From positions 416,001 to 480,000 of the forward strand of contig JACPJW010000001.1 in the NCBI GenBank assembly GCA_016187335.1: a stretch of DNA of 64,000 nt. Direction: 5' to 3'. The stretch comes from Candidatus Aenigmatarchaeota archaeon. GTDB taxonomy: Archaea; Aenigmatarchaeota; Aenigmatarchaeia; GW2011-AR5. Positions 9,431 through 18,157 of this stretch are shown one piece after another. The notes under the pieces were generated by a model. The model was not told the DNA's origin. It ran no database searches and worked only from the letters and a program-made list of their open reading frames with translations. Within the stretch, counting starts at the first letter, position 1. Each line of letters starts with the position of its first letter. The translations under genes and the position numbers were made by a program.

Positions 9431-10150
9431 TCAGATTAAGTCCAGATTTATGACGGTTTTTGTTATGATCTTGCCGTTTTCTTCCGTTTCCGACGTGCCT
9501 TTGCTTTCAATTATGATTGAGTGGTCAAGGCCGGCGCTTTTGACCTGGTCTGAAGTGAGCACAAGAGAATAAACCCTTATAGTCTGCGTTTTCAGCGGCA
9601 CATATCGCAGCGTATAAGATGTCAGGTACTTGTTTTCGTCAAGCTTCACGCTCTTGACGCACAGGATGCCTGCGTCGTCAGAGCCCCATGCCCCTTCCGA
9701 AGCCGTGCACGTGCTGTTCTTCAGCGGTATCTCCGCGCCCGTGGCGTATATCGTCCCTTGCGTATCTGCGTCGAGCTGGATTACCCAGCCGTTCGGGCTG
9801 CTGTCTATTTTCACGATGCCTGACGCCGTGATTTTCAGCTGGTCTCGTCCGCCGGTGTTTGCAACTGTCTTTATCTTGCTGTCCAGGGTTTTCATGAACT
9901 GCTCGCTGCTCTGCAGCAGCGAGACGTCCTTGTTTTTCTGTATAAGGGGTATTCCCCAAAGATAGACGGATCCCACGATGCCGATCAGTATCCCGCTCAG
10001 GAGTATCGCCGTGACAGCCTGTTCCTGGCCTTTAGAGGAGAAAAACCAAGGTTTTTCTCCCTCTACCCTCTTTTCCTTATTATTTTTTGATAGAACTTTT
10101 TTGTAAAAAGTTCTTCTCATTCCCTTATTAGAAATATTATTTGACATCAA
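9431..10150 (-). CDS. Class III signal peptide (pilin-like) protein with a long leader containing DNA palindromes
   Basis: KG|QEQAVTAILLSGILIGIVG; exact start uncertain (10150/10147/10120). Confidence 0.75.
   Translation of the reverse strand: MMSNNISNKGMRRTFYKKVLSKNNKEKRVEGEKPWFFSSKGQEQAVTAILLSGILIGIVGSVYLWGIPLIQKNKDVSLLQSSEQFMKTLDSKIKTVANTGGRDQLKITASGIVKIDSSPNGWVIQLDADTQGTIYATGAEIPLKNSTCTASEGAWGSDDAGILCVKSVKLDENKYLTSYTLRYVPLKTQTIRVYSLVLTSDQVKSAGLDHSIIIESKGTSETEENGKIITKTVINLDLI
10084..10113 (-). repeat. Family-B palindrome with ATCAAAA tail
   Basis: Minus strand AGAACTTTTTACAAAAAAGTTCT-ATCAAAAA; lies inside the pilin leader ORF. Confidence 0.85.
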
Positions 10151-10252
10151 AACCTAATTGTTTTCAAGGGTAATTAAGCTTTTCCAGATTTGGTAAAGCA
10201 AAGCTTTCCAAATCTTCAAGATGAATCAAAGATTTATCTTAGAAGAAAAAGT

Positions 10253-10660
10253 TCACACTATGGGCGCGGCTGGCATTCTTGGTCTTGCCATTTTCTTGGA
10301 CATCGCTGACATGAGGATGGCATTAACGCGCTTTTCTAATTTTGCCAGACGCTCGTCCATCTTCCTTTCAAGCTGTGGCGACTCTTCCTTTACTTCCTCG
10401 CCTTCTATCTCAACCCGTGCCATGAAATCATCCAGTCTTGCCGTCAGCGCGCTCACGGACTGAATAGTGCTGTTCACCCTGTCAACCATCTCCGAGTTGC
10501 TTTTCACTATTTCATCCACAATCTGCTGGTTTGTCTTGACTATTTCCATCAAATCCTTCATCAATTCCTCGGAACCGCCGGACCGCTCAATCTTGTCAAC
10601 CCTTTTTTCCAGCCGCCTTACCGGATTCATAGGCACAAGCTCGTATTCGTCTTCTTCCAT
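10253..10660 (-). CDS. Hypothetical coiled-coil protein (start re-placed at ATG 10660, MEEDEYELV)
   Basis: Heptad-rich; the upstream ORF extension merely translates a repeat; GGTG-like SD upstream of 10660. Confidence 0.7.
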   Translation of the reverse strand: MEEDEYELVPMNPVRRLEKRVDKIERSGGSEELMKDLMEIVKTNQQIVDEIVKSNSEMVDRVNSTIQSVSALTARLDDFMARVEIEGEEVKEESPQLERKMDERLAKLEKRVNAILMSAMSKKMARPRMPAAPIV

Positions 10661-10681
10661 GAACAATACACCACATATCCG

Positions 10682-10709
10682 TTTTGATAGAACTTTTTTG
10701 AAAAGTTCT
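10682..10709 (-). repeat. Family-B palindrome with ATCAAAA tail
   Basis: Minus strand AGAACTTTTCAAAAAAGTTCT-ATCAAAA; intergenic. Confidence 0.85.
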
Positions 10710-10746
10710 CTTTTATTATATTTGCAAAAGCGGTATAAATAGGTTT

Positions 10747-11064
10747 TCACGATCTCAAAGAGCTTCGCTCTTTGAGAATGTCCCCGAAAGCCCGGCAGAA
10801 ATATTCCTTTGCACGCATAACGGCTTTCTTGCCCTCAGGCGTCAGCGAGTACACAATTATTTTGCCCCTTTTATCCCCCTTTATGAGGCCCTTGCTTTTC
10901 ATGTCCTTCAGCGCAGGGTATATCGTTCCTGCCTTGGGCTTCTCGCCCCGGCGCTTCCCTATCTCCCCGGCAAGCTGCTCGCCGTTCATCTCCTTCTTTG
11001 ACAGAAGCCATAAAACCTGGAAGGACAGCATCCCCCGCATGTCGCAGCCGTGATCATGTTTCAT
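10747..11064 (-). CDS. PadR-family transcriptional regulator (start re-placed at ATG 11064)
   Basis: ILWLL-type helix, KPKAGTIYPALKDM, KIIVYSLTPEGK winged-helix motifs. Confidence 0.88.
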   Translation of the reverse strand: MKHDHGCDMRGMLSFQVLWLLSKKEMNGEQLAGEIGKRRGEKPKAGTIYPALKDMKSKGLIKGDKRGKIIVYSLTPEGKKAVMRAKEYFCRAFGDILKERSSLRS

Positions 11065-11144
11065 AGCAATTATAGGGCATCCTATATATTTAAATACATG
11101 ACCGATACATAATATCGGATATCCTATATGCAGGAAGTGATGAA

Positions 11145-11747
11145 ATGGCGTTTGACAAATTGGGAAGCGATGAAAGCATTGAAAAGGCTGTGGCTTCCTT
11201 GAAAGCCAACGGCATAGAAGCCTTTGTGGTTGAGAACGGCGAGCAGGCAAAGCAGAAAGCCCTGGAAATGATACCGGAGGGTGCGGAAGTGATGAACATG
11301 ACCTCCGTCACGCTTGATGCAATCGGCTTGACGGAAGAAATAATGTCTGGAAGGAATTCCGTCCGCAAAAAACTTATGAGCATGGACAGGACCAAGCATG
11401 GCAGCGAGATGAAAAAACTGGGGATTGCGCCTGATTACGCTGTCGGAAGCGTCCACGCCATTACCGAAGACGGCAAGGTGCTTATCGCTTCCGCTTCCGG
11501 GAGCCAGCTTCCCGCTTACGCTTACGGGGCAGGCAAGGTTATCTGGATAGCAGGCACCCAGAAGATTGTGAAAAATCTGGAGGAAGGCATGAAGCGGATT
11601 TATGAGTATACATTGCCGCTGGAGGACCAGAGGGCGAGGATAGCATACGGCGTCGGGAGCGGCGTCAACAAACTGCTGGTTGTAAACAAAGAATTCGCGC
11701 CCGGAAGGATAACCCTGATACTAGTGAAAGAAAAGCTCGGTTTCTGA
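11145..11747 (+). CDS. LUD/YkgG (LutC-like) domain protein
   Basis: AVGSVHAITEDGKVLIASASGSQLPAY and GTQKIV motifs. Confidence 0.8.
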   Translation: MAFDKLGSDESIEKAVASLKANGIEAFVVENGEQAKQKALEMIPEGAEVMNMTSVTLDAIGLTEEIMSGRNSVRKKLMSMDRTKHGSEMKKLGIAPDYAVGSVHAITEDGKVLIASASGSQLPAYAYGAGKVIWIAGTQKIVKNLEEGMKRIYEYTLPLEDQRARIAYGVGSGVNKLLVVNKEFAPGRITLILVKEKLGF

Positions 11748-11786
11748 TGTCTGTTTTGATGCTTAAACAAAAAGGAGTTGGTTGAA

Positions 11787-11918
11787 ATGTGCGTTGGTGC
11801 AATGAGAGGCTTCCTTACAAAGGAGGAAAAAATAGAAATGCTCAAGGAATACAAGGACTCCCTGGAAAAGGAAGCCGACGGGGTTGAGGAAAGAATCAAG
11901 GAACTGGAAAAAGACTGA
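11787..11918 (+). CDS. Small coiled-coil protein (DUF5320-like), 43 aa, not in ORF track
   Basis: MCVGAMRGFLTKEEKIEMLKEYKDSLEKEADGVEERIKELEKD; AGGAG SD upstream. Confidence 0.7.
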   Translation: MCVGAMRGFLTKEEKIEMLKEYKDSLEKEADGVEERIKELEKD

Positions 11919-12018
11919 TTTTTTCTTTGTTTTTTATAAATTTTTTCTGCTGCTCAGGCATGAAAGGGAGCTGGAAAAAAACCAGCAGCCTGTCGAGAAG
12001 CGCAGGAAGAAATGAAAA

Positions 12019-12122
12019 AAGAACTCTGAGAAGTTCTGCCCTTTTGGTTAAACTCCTTCGAAGAACAAAGTTCTTCGAGGTCTCAGAGAAACTTCGTTTC
12101 TCTGCAGATTTTGGAAAAGTTT
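12019..12122 (-). repeat. Composite hairpin cluster downstream of thermosome (split family-B element enclosing family-C hairpins, then a U-tract); probable terminator region
   Basis: Minus strand: TAAACTTTTCCAAAA..CAGAGAAAC-GAA-GTTTCTCTG..TCGAAGAAC-TTT-GTTCTTCGA..GAGTTTAACCAAAAGGG..TTTTTT. Confidence 0.65.
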
Positions 12123-13767
12123 ACTCCATGTCCATGTCTTCGCCGCCGGGCATTCCGCCAGGGCCGCCTCTCGGCATGCCGCCGCCGGACTTTGACGTTA
12201 TGACGTCGTCTATGCGCAGTATCATTTCCGCCGCTTCCGTTGCGGACTTGATGGCCTGCGTCTTTATCTTCAGCGGCTCGACGACGCCGTTCTTCTTCAT
12301 ATCCTCTACTTTTCCGTTGACAACATCTATGCCGTAAGCGGATTTTCCTTTGTCGTGCAGCGTCCTTAACTCTACAAGAAGATCAATAGGATCGCGTCCA
12401 GTGCTTTCAGCCAGCGTTCTTGGAATTATTTCAACAGCCTCGGCAAACGAATTTATTGCCAGCTGTTCTCTTCCGCCGACGGATTCTGCGTATTCCCTGA
12501 GCTTGCGGGCGATCTCTATCTCTACGGCTCCGCCGCCGTAGACAACCTTGCCTACTTCCAGGGCAGAAATAACACCCAGGACTGCGTCGTCCATTGCGCG
12601 CTTCGCCTCGTCAACAACATGCTCCGTTCCGCCGCGCACAAGAATGCTTACTGATTTAGGATCCTTGCAGTCGCGGACAAAGATCATCTCTTCGCCGGCA
12701 ATCTTCTGCTCCTCAACTAATCCGGCATAGCCTAAATCATCCTTTGATATCTCTTCCAGGTTCGAAACGATGTTGGCGCCCGTGGCTTTTGCCAGCTTTT
12801 CCATGTCGCTTTTCTTCACGCGCCTTGCAGCTATAGTGCCTTCCTTGGCAAGATAATGCTGCGCTAAATCATCAATGCCTTTCTGGCAGAAAACAACATT
12901 GCATCCTGTCGCTGACACCTTCTTTACCATTTCCTTGAGCATCTTTGTTTCCTGCTCGAGAAACGCCTGAAGCTGGTCAGGTGATGTTATTCTTATTTCC
13001 GCGTTCGTTTCGGTTTCCTTTACCTCCAGAGCCACATCCAGCAGCACTATTTTCGCATCCTTGACGCGCTTTGGCATGTTAGGATGCACAACTTCCTTGT
13101 CAATGACAATTCCCTTTATCAGTTCCGTGTCGTCAATTGAGCCGCCCTGCTTCTTCTCTATTTTCACATCGTCCTTGTCGATGACAACCTTGCCGTTGTC
13201 CTGTTCCGCGACCATCTTGACAGCTTCAACGGCTAATTTCGCCAGGGATTCCTTTGCCGCTTCGCCGCCCTTCCCTGTCATTGCTGTCATCGCTATTTTC
13301 TGCAGCATTTCCGTGTCATTAATGTCAATGTCTTCGCCTATTTCCTGCAAAACTTCCAGCGCTTTTGTCTTCGAAAGCCTGTAACCCCTTACGATCATCG
13401 TGGGATGTATTTCCTGCTCCAGAAGACCCTCTGCTTTCTTCAGCAATTCACCAGCAAGAATTACTGCCGTGGTCGTGCCGTCGCCGACCTCGTCTTCCTG
13501 CGTCTTCGCCACTTCAACAATCATCTTTGCGGCAGGATGCTCTATTTCCATGTCCTCCAGTATTGTCGCGCCGTCGTTGGTTATGGTGACGTCACCTATA
13601 GAATTAACAAGCATCTTGTCCATGCCGCGCGGGCCCAGCGTAGTCCTTACAGACTCAGCAACGGCTTTCGCTGCCATTATGTTGCGCGACTGCGCGTCCC
13701 TTCCAGTGTTCCTCAAAGTGCCTTCCGGCAGGATGAATATAGGCTGTCCGCCAAGCTGGTTCACCAT
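12121..13767 (-). CDS. ths: Thermosome subunit (group II chaperonin)
   Basis: [30 protein letters not shown] motifs; GGM-rich tail. Confidence 0.98.
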   Translation of the reverse strand: MVNQLGGQPIFILPEGTLRNTGRDAQSRNIMAAKAVAESVRTTLGPRGMDKMLVNSIGDVTITNDGATILEDMEIEHPAAKMIVEVAKTQEDEVGDGTTTAVILAGELLKKAEGLLEQEIHPTMIVRGYRLSKTKALEVLQEIGEDIDINDTEMLQKIAMTAMTGKGGEAAKESLAKLAVEAVKMVAEQDNGKVVIDKDDVKIEKKQGGSIDDTELIKGIVIDKEVVHPNMPKRVKDAKIVLLDVALEVKETETNAEIRITSPDQLQAFLEQETKMLKEMVKKVSATGCNVVFCQKGIDDLAQHYLAKEGTIAARRVKKSDMEKLAKATGANIVSNLEEISKDDLGYAGLVEEQKIAGEEMIFVRDCKDPKSVSILVRGGTEHVVDEAKRAMDDAVLGVISALEVGKVVYGGGAVEIEIARKLREYAESVGGREQLAINSFAEAVEIIPRTLAESTGRDPIDLLVELRTLHDKGKSAYGIDVVNGKVEDMKKNGVVEPLKIKTQAIKSATEAAEMILRIDDVITSKSGGGMPRGGPGGMPGGEDMDME

Positions 13768-13813
13768 TTCAAATACACCTCGTTAATAGAATTTCTTTCC
13801 ATGCACGCTTTCA

Positions 13814-13843
13814 TTTTTGACGCAACTTTTTCCTAAAAGTTGC
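13814..13843 (-). repeat. Family-B palindrome with GTCAAAA tail
   Basis: Minus strand GCAACTTTTAGGAAAAAGTTGC-GTCAAAAA, upstream of the thermosome start. Confidence 0.85.
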
Positions 13844-13919
13844 CGTATACTTTCATGCACATACATAGAAGAAGCTAATCTTTAAAAGGGTTGCGGTGCG
13901 GCTTAGCGTGTCACACAAT

Positions 13920-14498
13920 TCACAGGAACGACAGGCCGTAGCTTCCCAGATGAAGCCTGTAGTGAGACCTTACGTTATCGCTTCCAAAATAGTTCAGCAG
14001 GCCGAGACTTCTTGCCGCTTTCAGCGCATGAGTCCATGCGAACCTCTCTGAAAATCTTTCGTATTCCTCATCCCCGAACGCTTTTATGCAGAATTCATGC
14101 ACGGCCGCCAGCTGCTCAGAGTAAGACCCTGACAGGCTGCCGTGGCATAGTAAGGCATGGAGCGAGTCGTAAGTTTTTGCATGTCCTATTTCATGAAAAG
14201 ACGACAGGATCCTTATCTCCCTTTCCCGCAGTTTCGGAATGCTTATTTGTATCTCCGGCACTGGCCTTATGACGCCGTTCTCCCTTATGCAAATTTTGAA
14301 ATTGGACCTGACAGGAATGAAAGTCCATCTGCCATTTTCCAGCAGATCGTTGAGCCTTATTACGCTTCCATTTACACGGTAGTCGAAGAAATAGTTGCCA
14401 CCTTCATGGGATTTGTCTTTGTAGAATGAAACCCCGTTTCCATTTTGATATTCGATTGAGCCCTCTTCGTATATTCTTGATGTAGGATTAGTATTCAC
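13920..14498 (-). CDS. Hypothetical protein with HExxH (zincin-like) motif
   Basis: SSFHEIGHAK followed by a downstream E-rich helix (EEYERFSERFAW); no recognised family. Confidence 0.55.
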   Translation of the reverse strand: MNTNPTSRIYEEGSIEYQNGNGVSFYKDKSHEGGNYFFDYRVNGSVIRLNDLLENGRWTFIPVRSNFKICIRENGVIRPVPEIQISIPKLREREIRILSSFHEIGHAKTYDSLHALLCHGSLSGSYSEQLAAVHEFCIKAFGDEEYERFSERFAWTHALKAARSLGLLNYFGSDNVRSHYRLHLGSYGLSFL

Positions 14499-14500
14499 GT

Positions 14501-15400
14501 TTAGCTTCCATCACCCTTCTTTGCTGCTCTGACAATGTCCCGCTTTGTCATCTCCTTCAGCTCATCGGCAGGAATAACCGGGATTTCCAGTTCCATTCTT
14601 TTCTTCGTGACAACAATGACGGGTTTTTCGGTTATTTCTGAAAACGCCAGCATATATCCCTCGTTCTTCTCCACTCTTTTCTCGTTTTCTTCAGCATCGG
14701 AGAATACCAGAAAACGCTCCTTGTCATGCGTTTTGGCAATGATGTTGAAAGGCGCCTGGTAAACAAAGGAAGTTCCAAAGCCCTTCCTTTTCAGCTCTTT
14801 TGATATTGCCCTTTCAAATGCAGTCCTCGGCTCTTTGCCTGCCTCTTCAAAAGAGAAAGAAGTGAAGTCAATGCTTCTCGTTACGGAGCCCAGCAGCCGC
14901 TCCATTTTCTTCGCTATAACATATTTTGATTTCATCATTTTCCTTTCATGTTCGTAGACGTTCTTCTTTGTCGTGCCCAGTTTTTCCGCCAGTTCGCTCT
15001 GAGAGAATCCCCTGCCCTCTCTGGCATCCCGCAGCAGTTCTGGATCCACTTCGGCAAAAAAGCCGCCCCTGAACCTGTAAATCAGCGGGTTTATGTTGTG
15101 CACAAGAATATTTTCAAGCGTCTTAGGCGTGAAGGTGGGTATATCAAACCTGTCGTATATCACATTGTCATGGAGCTTCTCGCGCCTTGTCCAGATGCCT
15201 ACCAGGGCGGGCGAGGCGTCCAGATTTGATGACAGCGTTTTCAGGTTGTCTGATTGCTCTTCCTGGAAAGAATCAACGTTCTCAAGAACCTTCAGCAGAA
15301 TCACTTCCTGCTTCCTGGCTATTATGTCAAAGCACCCGCTGTATTCGCTGTAATCGTAGTCAGACCTTTCCAGGATACGCCCGATTTCCTCCCTTAGCAT
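14501..15400 (-). CDS. Archaeal HTH (Cro/C1) transcriptional regulator, COG1395-like (start re-placed at ATG 15400)
   Basis: CFDIIARK, LKVLENVDSF N-domain; central HTH LRDAREGRGFSQSELAEKLGTTKKNVYEHE. Confidence 0.8.
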   Translation of the reverse strand: MLREEIGRILERSDYDYSEYSGCFDIIARKQEVILLKVLENVDSFQEEQSDNLKTLSSNLDASPALVGIWTRREKLHDNVIYDRFDIPTFTPKTLENILVHNINPLIYRFRGGFFAEVDPELLRDAREGRGFSQSELAEKLGTTKKNVYEHERKMMKSKYVIAKKMERLLGSVTRSIDFTSFSFEEAGKEPRTAFERAISKELKRKGFGTSFVYQAPFNIIAKTHDKERFLVFSDAEENEKRVEKNEGYMLAFSEITEKPVIVVTKKRMELEIPVIPADELKEMTKRDIVRAAKKGDGS

Positions 15401-15501
15401 GCATAACGTTTTCGGGAAAACTTTAAAACAATAATATCCAAGCAGATATTCAAAGAGCCAATTCAAAAGAGCTTGAAGCACTTTGTGCTTCGTTCGGCTA
15501 T

Positions 15502-15660
15502 GGGCCGGTAGCTCAGTGGTAGAGCACCTGTCTTATACGACGTGTTTTCTTAATTGGAAAAAGAAAACATTGCTAAGCCAGCAGGGGGTCGAGAGTCCGA
15601 TACAAACTTTTCCAAAAAGTTTGATCAAAAGGGAAAGTTGCGGAATCCTCTCCCGGCCCA
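15502..15660 (+). tRNA. tRNA-Ile(UAU) with two introns (37/38: 15538-15579; 59/60: 15602-15646)
   Basis: Acceptor GGGCCGG/CCGGCCC + A73; anticodon arm CCTGT-CT TAT AA-GCAGG; T arm GAGAG/CTCTC. Both introns have BHB geometry (CTTA/TAAG and TCCG/CGGA central helices, 3-nt bulges). Confidence 0.9.
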
Positions 15661-15703
15661 TTCGGCTCTTTCAGAAAATGGCGGAAAATGTAGCAGAATA
15701 AAT

Positions 15704-16177
15704 TTATCCCTGGTACGTTTGCCTTCTTTCCCTGAACTCCAGTTTTTGCCACGAATCAGAAAGCTTTTTAGAAACCTTCGACAGATCCGGTTCAAATTCT
15801 CCGTTCCAGAAGTCCCAGACCTTCTTGATCCATTCGGCTGTCGCGTTTTCATCCGGCTTGAGCGTCAGCATGGTGTTTTCCCATTTCAGGACCTGTATTT
15901 TCTTGTACAGCCTGAAAAGCTGCGTTACTTCCCTTTCCGTGAGCATGTTCTGCTCGTAAATGCCGGAAAACGAATCGTAACCGGAAATTATGGGCTCTAT
16001 TATCTTTTCCGTGAACATGAACAGTTTGTCTGACATCTCCGTTCTTATCTCGTCAAACGTCACTTCCTCGTCCTCAAGCTCCAGCTTGAACGCGGCTTTA
16101 AGGTCCGTCAGCTGGGGGAGCCCGAAGCGCTCTTGGATATTTTTGTATTTCTGAAAAGTAGGCTGCATTTTAGGCAC
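15704..16177 (-). CDS. Hypothetical protein
   Basis: 157-aa ORF with host-like codon usage; family not recognised. Confidence 0.7.
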   Translation of the reverse strand: MPKMQPTFQKYKNIQERFGLPQLTDLKAAFKLELEDEEVTFDEIRTEMSDKLFMFTEKIIEPIISGYDSFSGIYEQNMLTEREVTQLFRLYKKIQVLKWENTMLTLKPDENATAEWIKKVWDFWNGEFEPDLSKVSKKLSDSWQKLEFRERRQTYQG

Positions 16178-16320
16178 CTTCAGCGTTATTTTTTTCTAAA
16201 TCCAGGCAAAAATAAAAAAAGACTGATTTAATTGATAACAAATAAAGTATTAAAGCCTATTTCTGAAAAAGCACGAAGAAAATTTTGGAAAATTTTTCAA
16301 TGTTGCCGCATTTTCAGGAA

Positions 16321-16413
16321 TCAAAAGGCTATTTCAAACCTCAGAAGGAAAAAAAGAAGCAGTAAGTATATGGCAATCATCCCGAGCACAACGTATTTTT
16401 CTTCTTTTGGCAT
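16321..16413 (-). CDS. Possible 30-aa single-TM microprotein (MPKEEKYVVLGMIAIYLLLLFFLLRFEIAF)
   Basis: Manual translation in an otherwise empty AT-rich gap. Confidence 0.3.
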   Translation of the reverse strand: MPKEEKYVVLGMIAIYLLLLFFLLRFEIAF

Positions 16414-16464
16414 AATTTTATTTCTTTGCCACGCTTAAAAAGATTTTTGCCTTATTTTTTCGGT

Positions 16465-16971
16465 ATGACAGAATATTTTGATGTCGTGGACGAAGGAAAC
16501 AGCGTAATAGGAAGGGCAGCAAGGGAAGAATGCCACTCCAAAGGCTTGTGGCACAGGGCTTCGCACGTAATTATAGTTAATTCTAAGGGCGAGCTGTTAT
16601 TGCAGAAAAGGAGCATGAAGAAGGATCTGTACAAGGGGTACTGGATTGACGCAGCAGCGGGCCATGTGGACAGCGGAGAAGCCTATGAACACGCAGCAAA
16701 AAGGGAGCTGAAGGAAGAAATTGGAGTAACCGCTGCATTGATGCAGCTTTTTGATTTCAAGAAACAAACGGGCAATGACAATGAAATAATTAGGGTATTT
16801 GCAGCGAGGCACGACGGGCCGTTTTTTCCCAACAAGGAAGAAGTCGATTTTGTCAAGTTTTTCACTCTTGAGGAAATAAACGAGATGCTGAAAAAAGACA
16901 AATTCACCCCGGCAACCCTGGATATTCTCAAGGAAATAAACAGGGACCCGTCAATACTAAGCAGGTTTTAA
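16465..16971 (+). CDS. Nudix hydrolase of the IDI-1/YfcD-like group (start re-placed at ATG 16465)
   Basis: LWHRASHVIIVN, LLLQKRS, Nudix box GHVDSGEAYEHAAKRELKEEIG, DNE; lacks the IDI-1 catalytic Cys (WIDAAAGH); precedes the mevalonate genes. Confidence 0.8.
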   Translation: MTEYFDVVDEGNSVIGRAAREECHSKGLWHRASHVIIVNSKGELLLQKRSMKKDLYKGYWIDAAAGHVDSGEAYEHAAKRELKEEIGVTAALMQLFDFKKQTGNDNEIIRVFAARHDGPFFPNKEEVDFVKFFTLEEINEMLKKDKFTPATLDILKEINRDPSILSRF

Positions 16972-16996
16972 TCCTATTCTTCCGTAATTTTAGAAA

Positions 16997-17109
16997 GGGC
17001 TTGTAGTCTAGAGACCCTTTAGAAAAAGCGTCTACGAAAAGGGTTGGAAAATGGTTATGACGTCGCCTTCACACGGCGAAGGTCGGCGGTTCGAATCCGC
17101 CCGAGCCCA
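16997..17109 (+). tRNA. tRNA-Val(CAC) with one D-loop intron (16/17: 17013-17050)
   Basis: GGGCTTG/CGAGCCC + A73; TCGCC-TT CAC AC-GGCGA; GGCGG-TTCGAAT-CCGCC; BHB central helix TCTA/TGGA, outer helix ACCCTTT/AAAGGGT. Confidence 0.93.
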
Positions 17110-17111
17110 TA

Positions 17112-17134
17112 GCAACTTTCTGGAAAAAAGTTGC
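17112..17134 (+). repeat. Family-B palindrome just 3' of tRNA-Val
   Basis: GCAACTTT-CTGGAAA-AAAGTTGC; no ATCAAAA tail on this copy. Confidence 0.75.
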
Positions 17135-17162
17135 ATTTAAGCATTACGATATTAGTGGAAAT

Positions 17163-18152
17163 ATGAAATCAACAGCGGCAGCCAACGCGAATATTGCGCT
17201 GGTGAAATACTGGGGCAAAAGGGACAGCAGGCTCATTCTGCCACAGAACAGCAGCATATCCATGACCTGCGACGGTCTCACGACAAAGACAACTGTAGAA
17301 TTTTCCGAAAAATACGGCAAAGATACTGTGCTGATAAACGACGAGGAGCTTGTGAAGGACGAGCGTGACATATTAGGCCACATAGAGCGTATCCGAAGCA
17401 TGGCTGGAATAAAGGAAAAGGCAAAGGTGATTTCTGAATCTAATTTCCCTGTAGCTGCAGGGCTTGCCAGCAGCGCTAGTGGCTTTGCTGCCCTGACGCT
17501 TGCAGCAGCAACAGCTGCAGGTTTGAAGTTAAGTGAAAAAGAATTGACAATACTTTCAAGGCAGGGATCCGGTTCTTCATGCCGCTCAATTCCTGAAGGC
17601 TTTGTGGAATGGCACAAAGGAATCGCCGCGGACGGCAGCGACAGCTATGCGGAAAGCATTGCCGGCAAAAATCACTGGCATGATTTCAGTATGATAGCCT
17701 GCATTGTGTCAGAAGCGAAAAAGAAGGTCAGCAGCCGCGCAGGCATGGCGCAGACCGTTGCAACATCGCCTTATTATGACGGATGGCTGAGAACGGTTGA
17801 TGAAGACCTGAGAAAAATCAGGGAAGGAATATTGAACAAAGACTTTTCTTTGGTCGGCATTACAGCAGAGCAGAACTGCCTGAAGATGCATGCGCTGATG
17901 ATGACAACGAGGCCTTCCATAATCTACTGGATTCCTGCAACGCTTGAAATTATCCATCACGTTCAGGCGTGGAGAGAAGAAGGAATAGAGTGCTATTTCA
18001 CGATAGACGGCGGACCGCAGGTGAAGGTCATGTGCCTAGAAAAAGACGAAAAAGAATTAAACAAGAGATTGCTGGATCTGGAAGGCGTCAAAAAAACCGT
18101 GTTATGCAAGCCCGGTGATGGCGCCCAGCTTATAGGAGAACATTTGTTCTGA
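17163..18152 (+). CDS. mvaD: Diphosphomevalonate decarboxylase
   Basis: ANIALVKYWGKRD, LPQNSSISMT, AGLASSASGFAA, SRQGSGSSCRS, FTIDGGPQVK. Confidence 0.96.
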   Translation: MKSTAAANANIALVKYWGKRDSRLILPQNSSISMTCDGLTTKTTVEFSEKYGKDTVLINDEELVKDERDILGHIERIRSMAGIKEKAKVISESNFPVAAGLASSASGFAALTLAAATAAGLKLSEKELTILSRQGSGSSCRSIPEGFVEWHKGIAADGSDSYAESIAGKNHWHDFSMIACIVSEAKKKVSSRAGMAQTVATSPYYDGWLRTVDEDLRKIREGILNKDFSLVGITAEQNCLKMHALMMTTRPSIIYWIPATLEIIHHVQAWREEGIECYFTIDGGPQVKVMCLEKDEKELNKRLLDLEGVKKTVLCKPGDGAQLIGEHLF

Positions 18153-18157
18153 TTGGT

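Noticed and set aside
10032-10119. BHB intron in the pilin mRNA (AGGG/CTCT central helix with AAT and AAA bulges can be drawn)
   Set aside because: Excision would remove 88 nt and shift the frame; the alternative upstream frame contains a TAA, and the exon-side helix is missing.
3640-10150. Archaellum (fla/arl) operon
   Set aside because: No archaellin signature and no FlaF/G/H; two separate F-family genes fit a T4P/Tad-like system better.
16465-16971. Confident idi (IDI-1) assignment
   Set aside because: The catalytic Cys motif is replaced by WIDAAAGH, so the call is left at Nudix family level.
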